From NCBI GenBank assembly GCA_905178155.1, contig CAJINV010000007.1, positions 1,903,151 to 1,967,150 on the forward strand: 64,000 nt of DNA, written 5' to 3'. The position numbers were made by a program, and so were the translations under genes. Shown piece by piece: positions 59,255-64,000 of the stretch. Below the pieces are notes generated by a model, which worked only from the letters and a program-made list of their open reading frames with translations, had not been told where the DNA came from and did no database searches. The first letter of the stretch is position 1. Every line of letters starts with the position of its first letter. This stretch comes from Amoebophrya sp. A120. Its lineage: Eukaryota > Protista > Dinoflagellata.

Positions 59255-60251
59255 CTACTTCAAGGACGCGAAGTTAAAAAAGCAGTATGGTATCCATACC
59301 CCCTGCGTGAGGTTCTGGTTCTGGTAGAAGAGTGCGAAGCTGGCCCACTCTCCGTTGACTGCGTCGGTGACGATCTCGTCCAAAATGCCTTTCATGTTCA
59401 TTTTCGCGAACTTCTGACACTGCTCCATCCAATCGTGGTCTTTCGTCGCATTCTCGTGCTGCAGCAGGAACCGGTTCAGGAGCTGCCTCCGGATGAGATC
59501 CATGTTTAAGTTCTGGATTTGCTGTTGGTGCTCTTGCTGTTGATGCTGCGGCAGTTTGCTCACGTTTGTTGGGGTCAAATTATTGGTTGAATTTCTTTTG
59601 CTGCTGTCCTCGCCCGCTGTTGAAGTTGTACTGGTCTTGCCAAGCGGTGCTTCTTGCGGAGTCTTCACTTCGCCAGTTCTGGATGAAGCAGTCTCGTTGA
59701 TGTTGTCATGATGATCTCCAGTTACTTTATTATGCAAGGTGGAACAACCACCAGAATTTCTTGTGGAATAGTTCTTGGATGAAGTCTTATCACTGCTTTG
59801 TTCCTTCTCGGGCGTGTTTGCCGCGGTACTCAGACTTATTGACAGGAAAAATCCCCCCTCCCCATATTGAAAAGGTATGTTTCCAAAAATTTGTATTGCG
59901 GATTTCAGGTCACAAATTAATCGCATCTGTCTTGCAAGAAGACAAGGGCAGAAGCTTCCGCCCCATTATGGAAGCGATTTGCCATGCTGTTGGGCCTAAA
60001 GGGGAGCCGCTTGCCATGCTGAACAACTAGACCCATACGCCCCTGCTTAGCCTGGGGATCTGGCCGCAATGCCTCTCTGCAATACAAAGCTGATTTGTGG
60101 CCACAAATCAGCATCACAAATTTCCGTTTTGATATGGGGAGGGGGGATTTTTCCCTGCAATAAGACTGGGAGTGGATTCCGGGGCGCCCGCTGAGACGAC
60201 GGACGATTTGCCCGTTGGCTTCTTTTTGTTCCCTGATTTACTGTTCGCCAT
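59255..60251 (-). CDS. Probable 5' exons of the SET gene, or a separate hypothetical protein
   Basis: MANSKSGNKKK... joins ORF 59255-59926 after removal of the introner 59837-60162. Confidence 0.55.
59837..60162. mobile_element. Introner family A
   Basis: TATTG.CAGG.AAAATCCCCCCTCCCCATAT TIR; TSD AGACT. Confidence 0.92.
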
Positions 60252-61227
60252 TTTCGTTTATTCTTCCCCCGGTTGACTGGCCGCTTTGTTTTTGTTTTCG
60301 TCGCAGCTTTTGTCGTAAATAAAGACTATAAATTTGAAGAACTCGACGAAGTACTTATTCTGTGTTGCTTCTCTACTTGTACTTCGGGTTGTTGTTAATG
60401 GTGCCAGGAGGTCGCTATGATCTCTAGCTAAACAAAGACCATATGTTCTTCTCCGACAGAAATCAATAGCTTAAACATATAATATCATGCAGCGTCGAGA
60501 AAGTAAAAATGACATGTCAACACTCTGAAGCTGATGCTGATACTTCAGATAAGCAGAGAAACTTATTTATGTTCGACGTCGAAAACCAACGAAATAATAG
60601 GAATAGCAACCATCATGCGAGGAAATATGAGAAGAAATAGAGGAACTTGGCATTGACTTTCAAAACCTAAAAGTCGTGTCACCAAAATTGACACGACGAC
60701 TTTTAGGTTGGCATTTTTATGGATGAACAAAAGCACATCGCATTTTCAAGAACCACAAAAGCATTTTCGTCGACACGAAAATAAAGAGGAGGAACTCGGT
60801 TCTAGAGTTTGATCGATCAGAGCCATGGATATGGAATAGTCAGGGAGCTTGTCGCTGTCGTCAATGATATAGGATTAGAAGTGTGAAGATCCAGTTTGTT
60901 AACGAGCCTGCAAGAGCGTCATCTTGTGATCTTGTCGTGCTTTCCTAGTAAGTTTGGTCGGCCTGCTACTAGCGACGGCAGTTACAGCAATTCTGCCTCG
61001 TCCTCCAGAAGCTAATGCGAAATTGTGTTCTCACATACGAGTTTAAGTACATTTCCGTCATGAAAAAATGTGCTCTTCCGAACAACACGTGGAGCATTCT
61101 TGCCACTGGTCTGACTCTACTTTCTGAGTTCTCAGAGTCTACATATCAATCTTATATCTTTTCTTTGCGCCACGGCCACCGCCATTTCATTTTTATCTGA
61201 AAAAAAAAAATATGAAAGTCGCATAGA

Positions 61228-63249
61228 TCAAACAAGTTCTTTCGCAAAGGTCGCTGTTAGTGGGTCGCCAGTGTTTCTCAACTTACCACATCGGGTCGAC
61301 AGCTGGCACCAGCCGGAACTGTAAATGGTGTAAAACCTGCACCGATTACGCTTCAAACACTTGGCGCGGCAGTTGCCCCCATAGAGATCCGAGTCGGAGT
61401 GGGTTCCGGGTTTCGCAGCAAAGTGGGAGTTCTTGGTAGACTCATCAAAGAGCATCGCGCGCCACGGATCGTTTCTCCCATAATTGTCTAGAGGGCCTTC
61501 CAATATATCCGCGCCGTCCTCGCAGAAAGCGCCACCCTTCATGAACCTGAATCGAGGTTCAGGTGGCTCCGACGGTCTGCTGGCGCTTCTTGTTGAAGAA
61601 GAGGGGCCTGATGTTCTTGACCTTGAGTTAGCATCTTCTTTTCCAGTGCCTTGTGTCGAGGTCTGGCCTCTTTCATGTTCGCTGGCCGAGTTGTTCTGAC
61701 ACGACGAGGAGGTAGTGCCGTCAGGACCACCAGCGTTAGCATCTCTACTTCCATTGTCCTCGTCACCTTTCGAGCACTTCGGAAGGCCGCTCTCACCAGT
61801 CGATGCCGAAGATGATGATGCACCACCGTGGAGGTGGTCCTCCTGTTCTTGTTGTGCAGCATCAAGTTTCTTCATCGTGTACTCCCTATCGACGTGAAAC
61901 GCGAAGGCAACACAGGCAGCGACATTGTTCTCCCTGTCTTTTATCTGCAGTGCCGCGCCCCACCGGCCGGCCTTCGCGATGTGTAACGGGCGACGGACGG
62001 AGAGGTGGAGGGGTTTGGCGTTCGGCACGACGCAGCTGCTTTCGTGTGGTGTTACCCTTGATGGGAGCTGCTCGACGTCGGGGCCGCTTGTTGTACTAGT
62101 TGTTTCAGGCCCACGAGCTTCGTCTTCCTCGGTGATATCATAATTCTCCGTCCTCTGAGTTTTTTCGGTTCGATTTCCCTCAATTGCATCGTGGTTCTCA
62201 TTCTGGATAAACCCCGCGTGGCACATCTCGTAGCCGCCGATGGCCTCGTCTCCTTTGTAGTGCACGGTCGTGTGGTCCTCTTGTCTGCCGAACGCAAAAG
62301 ACCACTTGGCAGCGCCGTCGATTTGTCCAAGCGCAATATCCACCGCCAAGTCGACTTTCACATACGGCCACTCCGGGTCATTTTGGTCAATGTTGTAGAG
62401 AACAGAGACGGTCGCCGCCTGGATGATCGTGTTCATGTTTTTTGGTGTAGTAGTTTGTTTTAACGCTCCACCAGCAGCCGTCGATGTTGTAGTTGAAGCG
62501 GATAGTAGTTGTTCTGATGTGCGGGGGCCTACTTCTTGTGAATCAGCATTGCTGTCGTCTCCTTCTGCCGCGCTTTCTCTACTTTTCCGAGTTTGCGTGA
62601 GCGCCCGGAAGATGTGGAACCGCATCGGATCCCGAAGCCAGGAGTCGCGAAGCTCCGCAAAGTCGCCCACAACCGCTCTATCCTGTTCCTGTTTGTTATG
62701 CTTCTGTTCATCAGCACGGTCAGCATTAGCTGCGAACGAGGTTAATGTTTTTCCGTCAGCTTCGCTACTGCTCCCTTCGCGACCTCGATGTGCACTCGCT
62801 ATATCCGGATGGGTCCTACTGGCCGCCCGTCGGTACGCTCGCTTAATCGCCGCCTCGGAAAAGTCAGTCGTGCAGTCAATAAAATCCTCGGTACTTTTGG
62901 TCGCGGCAGCTGCAACAGACGCAGTTTCGCGTCCACTTGCGCCCTCATCGGTTGCGTTTTTGTCCTCCAGTGGAGCCCCGGCATAATTGGCTGAACGTTC
63001 GACAGTAGAAGTAGTCTTGGCCTGGGCCGTCTTATCCTTGCGGCTATCAACACTGGGATTCGAAGTGGCTTCGACATTTTCGCCCGCAATACTCAGGGGC
63101 GAGTTGACAAAAGTCAGTATTATGGCAATGGCCAACGGCACACGTCGCAGTTGAATCATGAAGCTAAACAGGTAGGAATAAAGGCCGCGGCGTTGCCGGT
63201 ATAAGTCCCGGTAATGAAGATGTCGCTGCGCTTGTGGTGTTGACTCCAT
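61228..63249 (-). CDS. Signal-anchored J-domain protein with a C-terminal PAN/apple-like domain
   Basis: Hydrophobic N-terminal segment; IKRAYRRAASRTHPD (HPD motif); CRAKCLKRNRCRFYTIYSSGWCQLSTRC. Confidence 0.75.
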   Translation of the reverse strand: MESTPQAQRHLHYRDLYRQRRGLYSYLFSFMIQLRRVPLAIAIILTFVNSPLSIAGENVEATSNPSVDSRKDKTAQAKTTSTVERSANYAGAPLEDKNATDEGASGRETASVAAAATKSTEDFIDCTTDFSEAAIKRAYRRAASRTHPDIASAHRGREGSSSEADGKTLTSFAANADRADEQKHNKQEQDRAVVGDFAELRDSWLRDPMRFHIFRALTQTRKSRESAAEGDDSNADSQEVGPRTSEQLLSASTTTSTAAGGALKQTTTPKNMNTIIQAATVSVLYNIDQNDPEWPYVKVDLAVDIALGQIDGAAKWSFAFGRQEDHTTVHYKGDEAIGGYEMCHAGFIQNENHDAIEGNRTEKTQRTENYDITEEDEARGPETTSTTSGPDVEQLPSRVTPHESSCVVPNAKPLHLSVRRPLHIAKAGRWGAALQIKDRENNVAACVAFAFHVDREYTMKKLDAAQQEQEDHLHGGASSSSASTGESGLPKCSKGDEDNGSRDANAGGPDGTTSSSCQNNSASEHERGQTSTQGTGKEDANSRSRTSGPSSSTRSASRPSEPPEPRFRFMKGGAFCEDGADILEGPLDNYGRNDPWRAMLFDESTKNSHFAAKPGTHSDSDLYGGNCRAKCLKRNRCRFYTIYSSGWCQLSTRCGKLRNTGDPLTATFAKELV

Positions 63250-64000
63250 CGTTCGATGTAAAGAGTGTCGTGATTATTTTGCTTACAAGCTTTTTTCTAC
63301 ACTCTACACTGTAAAGAAAATGGGTAAAACAGAGCAGGGTCACTTGGGGCGGTAGTTGCCTTGCAAGTCATATTCAATCTAGTCGCGGCCCAACTATAAA
63401 ATATTCTGCGATCATCAGATGCTTTTTTTGTTGAGTATACATCAACATCTTCACGAAGGAACCGAGGCCTGTTTCTACTGTTTAGCGCCACGATGATCTG
63501 TGTACGTCGTCGAAACAACTCTGTACAACTCTTCGGTGGAGGGAACGAAATACTTAAATGCATGCAAAGTTAGACCACGTGCGGTCGAATGATAGTTTCT
63601 GACGGTGGAAGATCGTACAAGATTGCTCACGACCAAGATAGTGAATCGCAGATCTCGTGTCTTGGTCTTCGTTCCATTTTTTCCACTATTGGTAAAAGAA
63701 CCTGATGAACCTCCAATCGAAGAAGTGACTTAATCAAAGGCTTCAGCTTCATCGTCTCTTGCTTCATCTCCAGGCTACTAAAGAAAAAGATCTCGATCTC
63801 CTGAGATTCTTGCTACGTCCTCGGGCACAAATCACTATCATGCAGCCCCGCAGGGCCGCCCTGAGGGCATTCCAAACGCTCCTTGCTTGGTTCTTCGACG
63901 GACAGCTTTTATTTTGTCATTGGTGCTGTAATAATGTAGATGTAGATCATTCTGACGCTGGGTACTTAGCTACCGAGCTTTTCTTTTCGTAGATTCTTCT

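Overview
Eukaryotic, intron-rich genomic window, most likely from the parasitic syndinian dinoflagellate Amoebophrya. This is inferred from gene style and from abundant non-canonical 'introner' introns. Three layers are visible. (1) Host genes: a Mei2-like RRM protein, a Serinc/TMS1 transporter, a DUF707-like protein, and rhodanese-like, F-box/Zn-finger, C-type-lectin membrane, SET-domain and DnaJ+PAN proteins. (2) At least 19 MITE-like introners of about 10 families. All have TAT...ATA termini (one ends ACA), terminal inverted repeats, 5-bp target-site duplications and a shared internal GCAT(G/C/T)ACA motif. Their removal restores the reading frames, in either orientation and without GT-AG boundaries. 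(3) An ~11.6-kb tyrosine-recombinase (DIRS-order) retrotransposon at 13201-24837, inserted without a TSD at a TTT core inside a Serinc exon. It has split direct repeats (A1...B1-A2-B2) and the order Gag-like(CCHC) / YR / RT-RNaseH-MT, plus a C-terminal Macro (TARG1/DarG/Poa1p-like) domain. It keeps at least 7 spliceosomal introns. One intron holds a ~1.24-kb imperfect, G-U-rich rod-like fold-back (16405-17643) with a periodic motif array near its tip. This element and its rod are the most novel-looking system here. All calls were made by eye; no searches or folding programs were run.
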